From assembly GCA_002104945.1 (NCBI GenBank), contig MCFH01000002.1, forward strand, positions 744,001-808,000: 64,000 nt of DNA, given 5' to 3'. Shown here one piece after another: positions 44,901 to 56,950 of the stretch. Source of the DNA: Piromyces finnis finn (Eukaryota; Fungi; Neocallimastigomycota). Made by a program: the position numbers and the translations under genes. The stretch's first letter is position 1. Each line of letters starts with the position of its first letter. Under the pieces are notes generated by a model. The model was not told the DNA's origin, did not search any database, and was given only the letters and a program-made list of their open reading frames with translations.

Positions 44901-47900
44901 GTATTGTTGATTTATGTGTAACCATGCATGAATCTGTTCGTGTAAAATGTATTCAATATGAGAATGAAATTGGAAGATATAACTATATTACACCAAAGAG
45001 TTACCTTGAATTATTAAATTTATATAAAATATTATTGTTACAGAAACGAGACGAACTATATACCTTGCGTAAACGTACAGCAACCGGGTTAGAAAAATTA
45101 TTAAGTGCAGCTCACGAAGTCGAAATTTTGCAAGATGAATTGAAATCGATGCAACCACTTTTAATATCCACCTCTAAAGAAGTCGAAGAAACTATGATAA
45201 ATATTGAAAATGATAAAAAGAATACTCAGAAATTGCGTGAAAATATTGCAAAAGAAGAGGAATCAGCAACTCAAAAAGCAGAAGAAACCAAAGCCATTGC
45301 TGATGATGCTAAAAGAGATTTAGATGAGGCCTTACCACTACTTGCAAATGCTTTAGATAGTTTAAAAACATTATCAAAAGGAGATGTTACTGAAGTAAGA
45401 AGTATGCAACGTCCACCAGAAGGTGTAAAATTAGTTATGGAAGCAGTATGTATTATGAAAGATGTAAAACCCAAAAAAGTAGATGGAGATAAAATGGGTA
45501 AAAAAGTAGATGATTACTGGGAACCTGGAAAACAGCTTTTAGCTGATCCTGCTAAATTCATTGATTCATTAATGAATTATGATAAAGAAAACATTCCAAG
45601 TAATATCATTACAAAAATTAAGCCATATATTGATAATCCAAACTTTAAAAAGGAAGTAATTGAACGTGTATCAAAAGCTGCAACTTCTATGTGTTTATGG
45701 GTAAGAGCTATGGAAAAGTATTATTGGGTATCTAAAATTGTAAAACCAAAACGTGAAAAGTTAAAAGAAGCAGAAGAATCACTTAAAGAGACAATAGAAG
45801 CTTTAAATGAATTAAAAAAGAAGCTTGCTGAAGCAGATGAACATATCAAAGAAATGGAACAAAAGTTTATGGATATGACAGCTAGAAAAAAGGAATTAGC
45901 AGATAAAGTAGAAGAAAGTAATATTAAACTTACTCGTGCCAGTAAATTAATTTCAGGTTTAGAAAATGAAAGAGGAAGATGGAGTACAACTGTTCAAGAA
46001 TTGGATCTTCTTATTAAGAATATCATTGGAAATATTTTAATATCTGCGGGAGAAATTGCTTATTTAGGTAACTTCACACCTGAATATCGTACTGATCTTA
46101 AAAATATATGGATTGAAGCATTAAATAACACAATCATACCTCATTCGGAGTCTACTTCACTCTGGAATAATTTAGGAGATCCAGTAAAATTAAGAGAATG
46201 GGAGTTATACGGATTACCAAAAGATTCACTTTCACGTGATAATGCAATTATTATGAAGAATTCACAAAGATGGCCATTATTAATTGATCCACAAGGTCAA
46301 GCTAATAAATGGATTAGAAATATGGAAAGTGATAATGGTTTGGAAATTATAAAACTGTCTGATCGCGAATTTCTAAGAAGTTTAGAAAATGCTATTCGTT
46401 TTGGTAAACCTGTTTTATTGGAAAATGTTGATGAAATATTAGATCCAGCATTAGAACCCATTTTAGCTAAGAAAATTTATAAACAAGGAGGTAATAATGT
46501 CATAAAATTAGGTGATAGTGTTCTTCAATACCATAATGATTTCCGTTTTTACATTACATCCAAACTTCCAAATCCAAAATACTCACCAGAACTTTCAGCA
46601 ACTCTAACTTTAGTAAACTTTACTCTTACTCCTAGTGGTTTAGAAGATCAACTCCTAGCTTTAGTTGTTATTAATGAAAGACCTGATTTAGAAGAAGCGA
46701 AAAATAGTCTTATGGCTTCAAATGCACAAATGAAAAAAGAATTAAAAGAAATTGAAGATAAAATACTTTACCTTCTATCTTCTGTTGAAGGTAGTCCAGT
46801 TGATGATGAACGTCTTATTGATACTTTAGCAGCATCAAAAGAAACGTCTGCTGAAATTAAAGAAAAAATGGAAGCGGCTGAAATTACAGAACAAGATATT
46901 GATGTAACAAGAAATAAGTATAAACCAGTAGCTATTCGTACACAAATTCTTTTCTTCTGTATTACGGAATTATCTATTGTTGACCCAATGTATCAATATT
47001 CATTAAACTGGTTTATGAACCTTTTCACTAATGCAATTGAAAAATCTGAAAAATCAAACCAAATTGAAACTAGAGTATTAAACATTAATGATTACTTTAC
47101 GTACTCTCTATTCTGTAATGTATGTAACAGTTTGTTTGAAAAACATAAATTAATGTTCTCACTTCTTCTTACTGTTCGTATTCTTTCCAACGATAATAAA
47201 ATTGATATGGATGAATGGAGATTCCTTTTGTCAGGAAGTAGTGTGAATGGAGAAAAGAAAAGAATAAATCCAGCACCAGATTGGTTATCTAATAAATCCT
47301 GGACAGATATTTGCTCACTTTGTACTTTGCCAAACTTTGAAAACTTTGAAGAAGATTTTGTCACTTATATTAAAGAATATAAAAAAATATTTGACAGTCA
47401 AATGCCCCATAAAGAAATACTTCCTGGAAAATGGCGTACAAAGATAAATACTTTCCAAAAATTATTAATATTAAGATGCTTAAGAGAAGATAAAATCACC
47501 AGTGGTATTCAAGACTTTGTATCTGAGATTTTGGGAGAACAATTTGTAGAACCTCGTAGTACAGCATTATCATCACTATTCAATGAATCTAATGCCATTA
47601 CCCCTATTATATTTATTTTATCTTCTGGTGCTGATCCTGCAACCTCACTTTATAAGTTTGCAGAAGAAATGAAATTCTCAAAGAAATTAACTACCGTATC
47701 TTTAGGTCAAGGTCAAGGTCCAAGAGCTGAAAAATTAATTGTTGATGGTATGGAAAAAGGTCAATGGGTCTTATTACAAAACTGTCACCTTAGTCCAAGT
47801 TGGATGCCAAAACTAGATCATATTATTGACAATTTCACATTTGATAAAGTAAACAAAGATTTCCGTTTATGGTTAACAAGTATGCCAACAAAAAAATTCC

Positions 47901-49502
47901 CAGTAGCAATTTTACAAAATGGTGTCAAATCTACAGTAGAGCCATCAAAGGGATTAAAAGCGAATTTACTAAGAACTTATACTACCTACAGTGAAGAATA
48001 TTTAAATTCAAGTTCTAAAATTCAACCATGGAAAAAGTTATTGTTCTCTTTATCCTTCTTCCATGCTGTAGTTCAAGAAAGAAGAAAATTTGGTAGTTTG
48101 GGCTGGAATATACCTTATGAATTTACTGATGGCGATTTACAAATTTGCACAAAACAATTAAATATGTATCTTAATGAGTATGATGAAATTCCATATAAGG
48201 TTCTAAAATACATTATTGGTGAAATTAACTATGGTGGTAGAGTTACTGATAACTGGGATAGAAGATTAATTATGAATATATTAGAAGATTTTATAAATCC
48301 AAAAGTATTGGAAGATGGACATAAATTTACTCAAAGTACTATTTACTACACAATTCCAGGTGATTCATACAATAGTTATGTTAACTATATTAAGTCTTTA
48401 CCGTTAGAAGAATCTACTGACATTTTCTCACTGCACGATAATGCTAATATAACCTTTGCTCAACAAGAAGCCCAAAGTCTTTTTAATACATTATTAGCTT
48501 TAATGCCAAAACAATCACACAGTAATAGCGGTAAAAGTCGTGATGAGCAAATTACCGAAACTGTACAAAGTATTCAAAAGCGTATTCCACAACCATTTAA
48601 TTTAAAGCTTATTTTGAAAAAGTATCCTATTGACTACAAGGAATCAATGTCCACAGTATTAACTCAAGAAGTTGTACGTTTTAACCGGTTAATTACAGTA
48701 ATTCATTCCACCCTTAAAGATTTAATTAATGCTATTAAAGGTTTAGTCGTTATGAGTAAATCATTGGAAGAAATGTCAAATAGCATATTTTTAAATAAAG
48801 TGCCAGAATTATGGGAAGCTAAAGCTTATCCATCATTAAAATCATTATCATCATGGGTAGAAGACTTAATAGCAAGAATTGATTTCCTTCAACAATGGAT
48901 TGATAATGGTATTCCTACAGTATTTTGGATTTCAGGATTCTTCTTCCCACAAGCTTTCCTTACAGGTACACTTCAAAACTTTGCTAGAAAATATGTTATT
49001 TCTATTGATAGTTTATCTTTCGACTTTAAAATAATTGATCAACCATATAAAAGTATCACTGATAAGCCAGAAGATGGATGCTATATTCGTGGTCTTTATC
49101 TGGATGGTGCTAGATGGGATAGTCAAAGAGAAGCTTTGAACGAAGCTTTCCCAAAAACGCTCTTTTCTGAAATGCCAGTTATTTGGTTATTACCAGTAAA
49201 AAATAGAGTAAAACCAATTTCTGGTAAATATGATTGTCCAGTTTATAAAACATTAACCAGAGCAGGTAAGAATCAATAACAATTTATTATAAAATAATAC
49301 TAATTAAATATCAATATTACTTGATATTTACATTATTTATTAATATATTTATTTTAAACTTTCTTTTATCAAAGGTACACTTTCTACTACAGGTCATTCA
49401 ACTAATTATGTACTAACAATAGAAATTCCATCAAACCACCCTCAAAGTCACTGGATCAAAAGAGGTGTTGCTTTAGTATGTTCACTTGGTTCTGGATGGT
49501 AA
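35966..49502 (+). CDS. DNAH1: Axonemal inner-arm dynein heavy chain, DNAH1-like; several short 5' exons, then very long exons (~38220-41660, 41756-49266) and last exon ~49375-49502
   Basis: P-loops GPAGTGKT, GPTGGGKT, GPTGTGKT, GIGGSGRQ; CFDEFNRI; HYDFGMRAVK; stalk/MTBD. N-terminal PRKIVIER..PLEYFDN..RTTEEW and C-terminal GTLSTTGHSTNYVLTIEIP..HWIKRGVAL resemble DNAH1. Confidence 0.95.
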
Positions 49503-50781
49503 AAGCATTCTCAACTAAAAATCAATATGAAAAGTAAATATTCATTAATGCTGTTAGAAAAAAAAAAGAAAATAAAAAAGAAATAGAAATAGAAATAGAA
49601 ATAGAAATAGTAAAAAAGGAAAAGAAAACAATTATTGCATTTTTCTATCTTTTTTAATCTACTCATTATAATATAATTATATTACACAAACAAGTTTTTT
49701 CAATATTTTTTTTTTTTTATTTTTTATAATTACATTAAATATTATAGCAATTTCAACTTTATACCATTTTCATTTTTGCATAATTTTTTATAATTTATAT
49801 TAACAATTTTATAACAATTTATTATTAATAATACATTGGTTTTATTTTATGCGTAAAGTAAAATAATTACTTTTATTATATTTAGTTTTTTTTGTTTGTT
49901 GGTTTGCTTATTGTACATGTATATCATTAATATTTTAACAAACAAATATATACAAAGATAAAGTCAAAACAAATGAAAATACAAAAAAAATATACCATTA
50001 AATCAATAAATATAAAATAAAAAAAAATGTAAAAATTAAATAAAATAAAATATAGAATATGAGGTAGGATGTGTGTGTAGTAAACGAGTATACATTAAAT
50101 CCTCTGATAAATTAGTAACATTAAATCTATGTATTGAACATTATATTTTATTAAATATCAAAAAATCAAAAAAGTAATATTAGAGATATACTAATGATAA
50201 GAATTGTTTCGAAAAAAAGGGGGGAAGAGGTCCTCTTTATATAGAACATTATTTTTTTTAGACTAGAAAGAAAATACAGGAATTGTATTTATTTATTGAA
50301 TTTGTAATTTTACATTATATATGGTGATAATACATATTGATATAATAAATAATAAATAAAAATTACAAAATATATATATATAAAAATATATAATAAAATA
50401 AAATAATTATTAAAGTTGTATAAAAGTTCAATGAACTATGCAATTCATACTGTGTGGGATTGATCCCTACCTAATAAATTAAATGAAATAAAAAAGAGAA
50501 GTAACATCAGGTATGATAGTGTGGTGTCCACTAAACTCTCTCATGAGTTCATAATGTTTTCATTCGAAATTAACATTAAACCCTATGTACGGAGCATTAG
50601 GAATGTTCCTTTGCCATATCGGTACGACGTCGGCGCTCTTGATTACGTTAGGTGTCTTACTAAACCCATCAAAAAGTATTTATTAAGCTGCTAATGATAG
50701 GATTGTTTTAGTAAGAAAAGCCGTGAGACTCTCTATATACGGAACATGAGACCCCGATGAACTGTAAAGCTGTTCTTTCAA

Positions 50782-50975
50782 TTTTTTTTTTTTAACAGCA
50801 TCAAATATTTTTAAACTTTATTATTAATTTAATTAAAATTATAATACATGTTATAAAAAAATAAATTTAAAAATATAAAAATAAAAATAAAAAAAATATG
50901 TTTAAATAAACACAAATGAATATTAATTGGGTATAATGTATTCGAGTAATTTTAATTAAAGTAAGAAAGCCACTA
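50782..50975 (-). mobile_element. 5'-truncated LINE stub (only the last ~180 nt of the 3' UTR plus an A12 tail)
   Basis: 50794-50975 is a diverged copy of 50994-~51168 and ends in its own poly-A (T-run 50782-50793 on +). Confidence 0.9.
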
Positions 50976-51200
50976 TTTTTTTTTTTTTTTTTTGAACGGC
51001 ATCAAATATTTTAAACTTTATTATTAATTTAATTAAAATTATAATACATGTAATATAAAAATTAAAATAAAATAAAAATAAAAAAAAAATATGTTTAAAT
51101 AAACACAAATGAATAAAAATTGGGTATAATGTATTCTAGTAATTTTAATTAAAGTAAGAAAGCCACTATCATACTAAAGTATAATAATTGTATTTGACTT

Positions 51201-51263
51201 CCAATGGGACACCGAGCCAAAGATCAAAATTTTGTCATGGAACAAAATTATGATCTCCATTGG
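51201..51263 (-). other. Predicted RNA stem-loop spanning the stop codon of LINE copy A
   Basis: Sense ccaatgg-agatcataattttgtt-ccat-gacaaaattttgatct-13nt-ccattgg: 7-bp outer stem and ~16-bp inner stem. Confidence 0.7.
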
Positions 51264-54200
51264 TTGCGCTGGCCCTCCTGGCCTGTCTTACTGTTTCTTC
51301 AGCATTGACGCTCTTGGATGTTGCTTCAAACCTTTTGAACATTGACCATTGCTGGCCAATAGCAAAAGGCATGATTTTGGTTAGAAGTTCCGCGGTTACC
51401 GTCAAGAATGGTGTTCCTTCATTAGTACCAGATTGAATCTGACGCTTACAAAGTTCTTTCCATTCCCTTGAATTGTAATTAATATTGTTAAAACTTCTTC
51501 CCCCAAGAAGGAATTTAAATATTTTACTGCACACACTAGAATAATCATACACATTAATATTCACCGGATTATTAGAACTATTACTATCATTAACTAAATT
51601 ACTATCTAAATTAGAATTATTATCTTCACTATTGCTATCATTACTAATATTATTATTTCTATTATTGTTATTATTACTATTGTTACTATTACTATTGTTA
51701 CTATTACTATTGTTATTACTACTATTGTTACTATTACTATTAATGTTATTACTATCTCTACTGATATTATCAATTTCATTATTATTGATAGGACTATTGG
51801 AATTACGTTGACTGAAAAAATTTAATAGCTGGACTATAGAATCATAATGTTTAATACGGATATCTCTAAATGTTGGACAATCTAATAACCAATGTTTAAT
51901 ACTTTGATCTCCACACTTGCAACATGGACAGTAGTTAGGACAAACTGGATCAACAAATTTGGCAGCTTTGGCAACTCTAGCATCCAACTTGTATCCGCTT
52001 CTTGCTTTCAATAGCCAGTAGAAGCCATAGGCAAACTCTGGGTACTCATAACATAATTTAATAAAATCTTTAGTTTCAATAAATTTATTATCATCATAAT
52101 ATTGCGCTTTGATTGAATTCCCTTTGAGATCTTTCCAATAAAAGTTTTTAACTGCTTTAACATCTCCATGTTTCTTTAATTTTTTATCAAGTGTCCTACT
52201 TGATTTGCACCACGTGTATTTTCTAAATTTAGGAATGTAATTGACAAGGTGTGAGATAATACAATTTGAGTTTTTCCATTTGTTAAAACATCTAACCTGA
52301 GCTAACGCACATTTGGCTGACAATGGAGGAATATTCAAATCTTTTGAAATAGAGTATAAAGATATAAACGATACAGCTTTATGAACTCCGGCAACCCATC
52401 GTATTCCTTTGTTAACATGCTTCTGAGCAATCCTAGACCTAGCTTTGTTGGATCCAAGTAATGGTGCAAAGTATGAAACTCTGCTAATCACTTGTGAGTT
52501 AAGTACTAGTTTTTTGAAAGGAATAGGAATATTAGGATTTCTTAAGAATTTACTGACTGAGAAAAGCCCTTTCAAAACCTTGTTATTAAGAGCTTTAATT
52601 ACTGGTTTAAGGGACAGATTCTTATCAAATGGAACACCAAGATAAGTATAACAATCAGTAGTTGGAATGGGTTGTCCTGCTAAGTAAAATGTTGGATCTC
52701 TCTTGTTCTGATTTTCTATTGATTCAGGACGAATCACCATCGTTGAACATTTCTGGATACCAAATTCCATTTCATTATACAATGCCCATTCATTAACTCT
52801 TCTAAGCATCTTTTTTAAGCATCCTCTTGTTGGAGCACAAATAACTATATCATCTGCAAAAAGTCCACCACAGCATCGAGTGTCACCTAAACTGACTCCT
52901 AGATCTTCGCACTCTCTAAATATATCATTAATAAAGAGATTAAAGAGAATAGGAGAAAGAGGGCAACCTTGACGGACTCCTTTCTTCACATCAAAAGATT
53001 TCGAGAATTGTCCATCTAATTTGACAATAGCCTTAGATGTTAAATATAAATTTTTGATAAATTGTAGACTCTTACCTCGGATTCCTAAACAATCTAATTT
53101 ATGGAGAATATTACCGATTGGGACTGAATCGTATGCTTTCCTGAGATCTAAAAAGGCCAAATATGTCTCTTTATTATCTAATTGACGTCTACGGCATATT
53201 TCTTGGATTGAAATGAAAAGACTAATACTTTCTTCCTTTTTTCGAAAACCAAATTGTTCAGGTCTAATGAAATTATTCCTTAAACCATATTCTGAGATTC
53301 TAGTGGTGACAATTTTGGAAATCAACTTAATACCATTATTGATAAGTGATATACCTCGATAGTTATCACAATCTGTCAAATCACCCTTCTTAGGAATAAA
53401 AACAATACTGGATTCATTCCATGAGTTGGGGAAATCTCCATCCCAAATACGGTTGAATAATTTAAGAATAAAATTTAAACCATGAGCATCATTATCTGAA
53501 GTAGTATTACCAGAAGAATTATTATCTGTAGCATTATTAGAATCATTACTTGATGGAACTAATGCTTTGTAAAATTCAATTGGAATACCATCCGGACCTG
53601 ATGCTTTATAATTTGGAGTAGTGAGGATAGCTGACTTGACTTCATCAATACTAATATCTTGGTTGATATCCCACTCATCAAGCATAGGAAGTGAAAAACG
53701 TTTATTCGTTGGTTCTTCATACCAATGCTCCAAATCAAGACTTACACCACTTGGGTCTGATGCAAGATTTTCGAAATGATCATGCCACACATCTAGTTGT
53801 TCTTCCGTAGCAACAACTAATTCTCCATTTTTATTTTTAATTGGTTGAGCAATAAAGAAAGAATCTTTTCCAATTTTTGCAGTTTTCTTGATCCATTTCC
53901 AGGCCTTCTTAGGATTATGACTCTTCATATACTCACATCCTGTTTTAATCCAATGAAGATATTCTTGCTTCCTAAATTCATTACATCTTTTGTGGTTGTA
54001 ATCAATGAGTTTACGGTAGATTTTAATTCTTTTAATAAATTCATCTATATCATAAATTCTTTCTTTTTTAAATCTCTTATACAACTTCATTTTGATTTTT
54101 TGAAGATTAAAAATTTGTTGTGAAATATGAAATGAAGACTTTATAACATTATTTGCTGAAGTAATACTGAGCTCGTCTGCAATTGAAAAAGCAGTTGAAG

Positions 54201-55770
54201 TAAACTCTTTGGAAAGTTCATCTGTAGAAACATTAGGATCGTTGGATTTAGCTGAAAGAATTTGGAATTTATTATGACTGAGAATAGATTCCTTTTCCTC
54301 AATACATTTTAATCTATTCCATTTCAGAATTTTCTTAGGAACATTAAAGTCATTAGAAAAATCTTCCATAGGAATAATTTTACCATTAATAAGAAGTGGC
54401 TTATGGTCTGATACAGGATAAAAATTATTTATAAATGATCCTGAGTGAATAAGATCTTTCATCTTCGAATTGATAAGAGCATGGTCAATGTCGGAAGATT
54501 GATCACCTCGAGTCCAAGAGATAGTAGACCCTCTAAGCGGAAGAATTTCCCAATCTCCTAATCCATTAGTTGATAACCAGTTGGATAATTTTACTTTAGA
54601 CATATTAAAATCACCAACAAGAATCGATGGATGGGATGAATGAGTTTGTAACCACAAGCGAACTTCTAACTTTGCATGATCAACATAGATGTTGTGATGA
54701 CTATGAGGCATATAAACATTTCCAATCGAGCATTTGAATCTATTCCAGAGACTAAAAGTATAAATAGAAATAATATACTTTCCAGAGAAGTTTTCAAGTG
54801 AGGCTTGACATGAATTGTGAAAACCTAAATATAAACCTCTCATTCCCGGAACTGATTCGTCAGCTTTCTTGAAAAAGTGTCTATAGTTTCGCAAAGTAAC
54901 ACGACAAGGATAATCTGTATTCGATCCAGAACCATTACCAGTTTCTTGGAAACATAAAAATAATGGTTTGAAAATAGCTGTGAAATAGCTAATACTATCT
55001 CTCTTTTCGTGATTCCACCCATTGGTGTTCCAACTAAGACAAAAAGAAAAGTTATCAGGCTTGTTGGATGAGGAAGAATCGTTGCTATTATTATTATTAT
55101 TAAAGTCATCGTTATTAATGGATGATGCATCAGAGGAATAAGTAGAACTATTACTAGATGGCTGTGAAACTGAAGAACTATCAACTATTGAACTGTTATC
55201 AGAGTTGATAGAGCTATTAGAATTAATTGTTGAATGTTGAGATTGAAATTGTGTTTGCTGTAGATCTGGAATATTTTCATGATGGGAAACTTGTTGAAGA
55301 TCCTGTTGAAGATCTTGTTGAAGATCGGATTGTTGATGAGATTGTTGAACTGATTGTTGAACTGATTGTTGAAATGATTGTTGAATAGAATGTTGATGTT
55401 TATTAGAAACTAAAATTTTACGTTTGAGAGTGGAAAAAGTGTATTTGTGATTCCTTCTACTACGAGCTGAAAAGGAAATTGAGGTAACTGAAAGTTTCTT
55501 CTTTAACATGTGTAAGATTTTAATACAATCTTTTGATGAACCATGAACCTTGACTAAGAAAAAGTGATCATTGAAAGTTTGAAAATATTTAACACTAATA
55601 ACTGAATTAAATTTATCTTCTAGAATAACCTCGAGTTTTTCCCATAGCATATTTACTGACCATGATCGAATACCACGGATAAAGAAGGAGCGAATATCAT
55701 CTAAGGGGATACCATAAGACCGGGTACCACGTCTGATATAATTCTTATCTTTAATATAAAGGACTGACAT
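51235..55770 (-). CDS. LINE polyprotein: putative RRM-like N-terminus, Q/S/N linker, APE endonuclease, reverse transcriptase, CCHC-type knuckle
   Basis: APE: SWNTNGW, FQET, GNVYMP, LVGDFN, DIDHALI, SDHKPL. RT: FLDLRKAYDSV, GVRQGCPLSPILFNLFI, FADD, YTYLGV. C-terminal CPCCKCGDQSIKHWLLDCP. Confidence 0.97.
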   Translation of the reverse strand: MSVLYIKDKNYIRRGTRSYGIPLDDIRSFFIRGIRSWSVNMLWEKLEVILEDKFNSVISVKYFQTFNDHFFLVKVHGSSKDCIKILHMLKKKLSVTSISFSARSRRNHKYTFSTLKRKILVSNKHQHSIQQSFQQSVQQSVQQSHQQSDLQQDLQQDLQQVSHHENIPDLQQTQFQSQHSTINSNSSINSDNSSIVDSSSVSQPSSNSSTYSSDASSINNDDFNNNNNSNDSSSSNKPDNFSFCLSWNTNGWNHEKRDSISYFTAIFKPLFLCFQETGNGSGSNTDYPCRVTLRNYRHFFKKADESVPGMRGLYLGFHNSCQASLENFSGKYIISIYTFSLWNRFKCSIGNVYMPHSHHNIYVDHAKLEVRLWLQTHSSHPSILVGDFNMSKVKLSNWLSTNGLGDWEILPLRGSTISWTRGDQSSDIDHALINSKMKDLIHSGSFINNFYPVSDHKPLLINGKIIPMEDFSNDFNVPKKILKWNRLKCIEEKESILSHNKFQILSAKSNDPNVSTDELSKEFTSTAFSIADELSITSANNVIKSSFHISQQIFNLQKIKMKLYKRFKKERIYDIDEFIKRIKIYRKLIDYNHKRCNEFRKQEYLHWIKTGCEYMKSHNPKKAWKWIKKTAKIGKDSFFIAQPIKNKNGELVVATEEQLDVWHDHFENLASDPSGVSLDLEHWYEEPTNKRFSLPMLDEWDINQDISIDEVKSAILTTPNYKASGPDGIPIEFYKALVPSSNDSNNATDNNSSGNTTSDNDAHGLNFILKLFNRIWDGDFPNSWNESSIVFIPKKGDLTDCDNYRGISLINNGIKLISKIVTTRISEYGLRNNFIRPEQFGFRKKEESISLFISIQEICRRRQLDNKETYLAFLDLRKAYDSVPIGNILHKLDCLGIRGKSLQFIKNLYLTSKAIVKLDGQFSKSFDVKKGVRQGCPLSPILFNLFINDIFRECEDLGVSLGDTRCCGGLFADDIVICAPTRGCLKKMLRRVNEWALYNEMEFGIQKCSTMVIRPESIENQNKRDPTFYLAGQPIPTTDCYTYLGVPFDKNLSLKPVIKALNNKVLKGLFSVSKFLRNPNIPIPFKKLVLNSQVISRVSYFAPLLGSNKARSRIAQKHVNKGIRWVAGVHKAVSFISLYSISKDLNIPPLSAKCALAQVRCFNKWKNSNCIISHLVNYIPKFRKYTWCKSSRTLDKKLKKHGDVKAVKNFYWKDLKGNSIKAQYYDDNKFIETKDFIKLCYEYPEFAYGFYWLLKARSGYKLDARVAKAAKFVDPVCPNYCPCCKCGDQSIKHWLLDCPTFRDIRIKHYDSIVQLLNFFSQRNSNSPINNNEIDNISRDSNNINSNSNNSSNNNSNSNNSNSNNSNNNNNRNNNISNDSNSEDNNSNLDSNLVNDSNSSNNPVNINVYDYSSVCSKIFKFLLGGRSFNNINYNSREWKELCKRQIQSGTNEGTPFLTVTAELLTKIMPFAIGQQWSMFKRFEATSKSVNAEETVRQARRASATNGDHNFVP

Positions 55771-56417
55771 GATAATAAATTCTAATTAAAAAATATTGAA
55801 TATAAAATAAATACTAATAAAAATTACAAATATAACGTATATGGAAAAAAATCTGTCTCTCTCTCTCTTCTTAAAAGTACTGGATAGAACAAAAATTGTT
55901 ACGATGCTTTGTTTAAAGTTTCTTTTTTTTTTTTGAATTCTAGTTGTAAATTTTCTTTAAAAATTCTAGTTTTGGTTTGTTGTTAGTAAATTCGAATCGC
56001 TTTTTGACACTAAACTTGTTTGACTTTACTTTTCATTAAATATTTAAATTGGTAAAAAATTTGAATCAAGAATGTCGACACCAGAAAGCTTGTGAATAGT
56101 ATTTTTACATGATGTAGAGTGAATCAGTCTCTTACAAGAAACAATACAACAATAGCTACATGAATATAAAAATACAATGCAAATGCTAAAGTTGACTACA
56201 TTGGATTCTTACAAGAGAAGAGTAGTACTACATGAATACATGAATAAAAGAAAAAATACAGCAACAAAATGTATTACTCTTCTAATTAAATACTATACAA
56301 ACTTACCTGAATATCAAACATTCAACTTATTCATCAAATACTTAATTCGATGAATAAAATGTTTTTTAATCGCTCAGTACCATGAGCTTAGTCCTAATAA
56401 TTTTCCCTTAAAGACTA

Positions 56418-56626
56418 ACCAAGCATCCATTGCGCAATGCTTGGATTTAATTCTTTCTACTCTCTCAGTACCATGAGCATGAGTAGACTCCCTTGATAAA
56501 CTACGTTTATTAAATAAATGAAGGCACGTTCCAAGAGGGCACCAAGCATCCATTGCGCGATACTTGGATTTAATTCTTTCTACTCTCTCAGTACCATGAG
56601 CATGAGTAGACCCCTTGAGAAACTAC
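56418..56626 (-). repeat. 5' UTR tandem modules of LINE copy A (~123-nt unit; one full and one partial copy)
   Basis: accaagcatccattgcgc recurs at 56418 and 56541. Confidence 0.9.
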
Positions 56627-56633
56627 ACAAAAT

Positions 56634-56685
<52 letters not shown>

Positions 56686-56887
56686 GGCATCAAATATTTT
56701 AAACTTTATTATTAATTTAATTAAAATTATAATACATGTAATATAAAAATTAAAATAAAATAAAAATAAAAAAAAATATGTTTAAATAAACACAAATGAA
56801 TAAAAATTGGGTATAATGTATTCTAGTAATTTTAATTAAAGTAAGAAAGCCACTATCATACTAAAGTATAATAATTGTATTTGACTT

Positions 56888-56950
56888 CCAATGGGACACC
56901 GAGCCAAAGATCAAAATTTTATCATGGGACAAAATTATGATCTCCATTGG
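56888..56950 (-). other. Predicted RNA stem-loop spanning the stop codon of LINE copy B
   Basis: Sense ccaatgg-agatcataattttgtc-ccat-gataaaattttgatct-13nt-ccattgg. Confidence 0.7.

Larger units (their letters stand above)
50976..56639 (-). mobile_element. Full-length APE-type non-LTR retrotransposon (LINE), copy A, with A18 tail
   Basis: Intact 1511-aa ORF with APE and RT motifs, ~870-nt 5' UTR with tandem modules, ~240-nt 3' UTR, poly-A (T-run 50976-50993). Confidence 0.96.

Noticed and set aside
50718-50745. Group II intron domain V-like AGCCGT...TACGG
   Set aside because: Lacks the closing GTTC pairing and the other domains.
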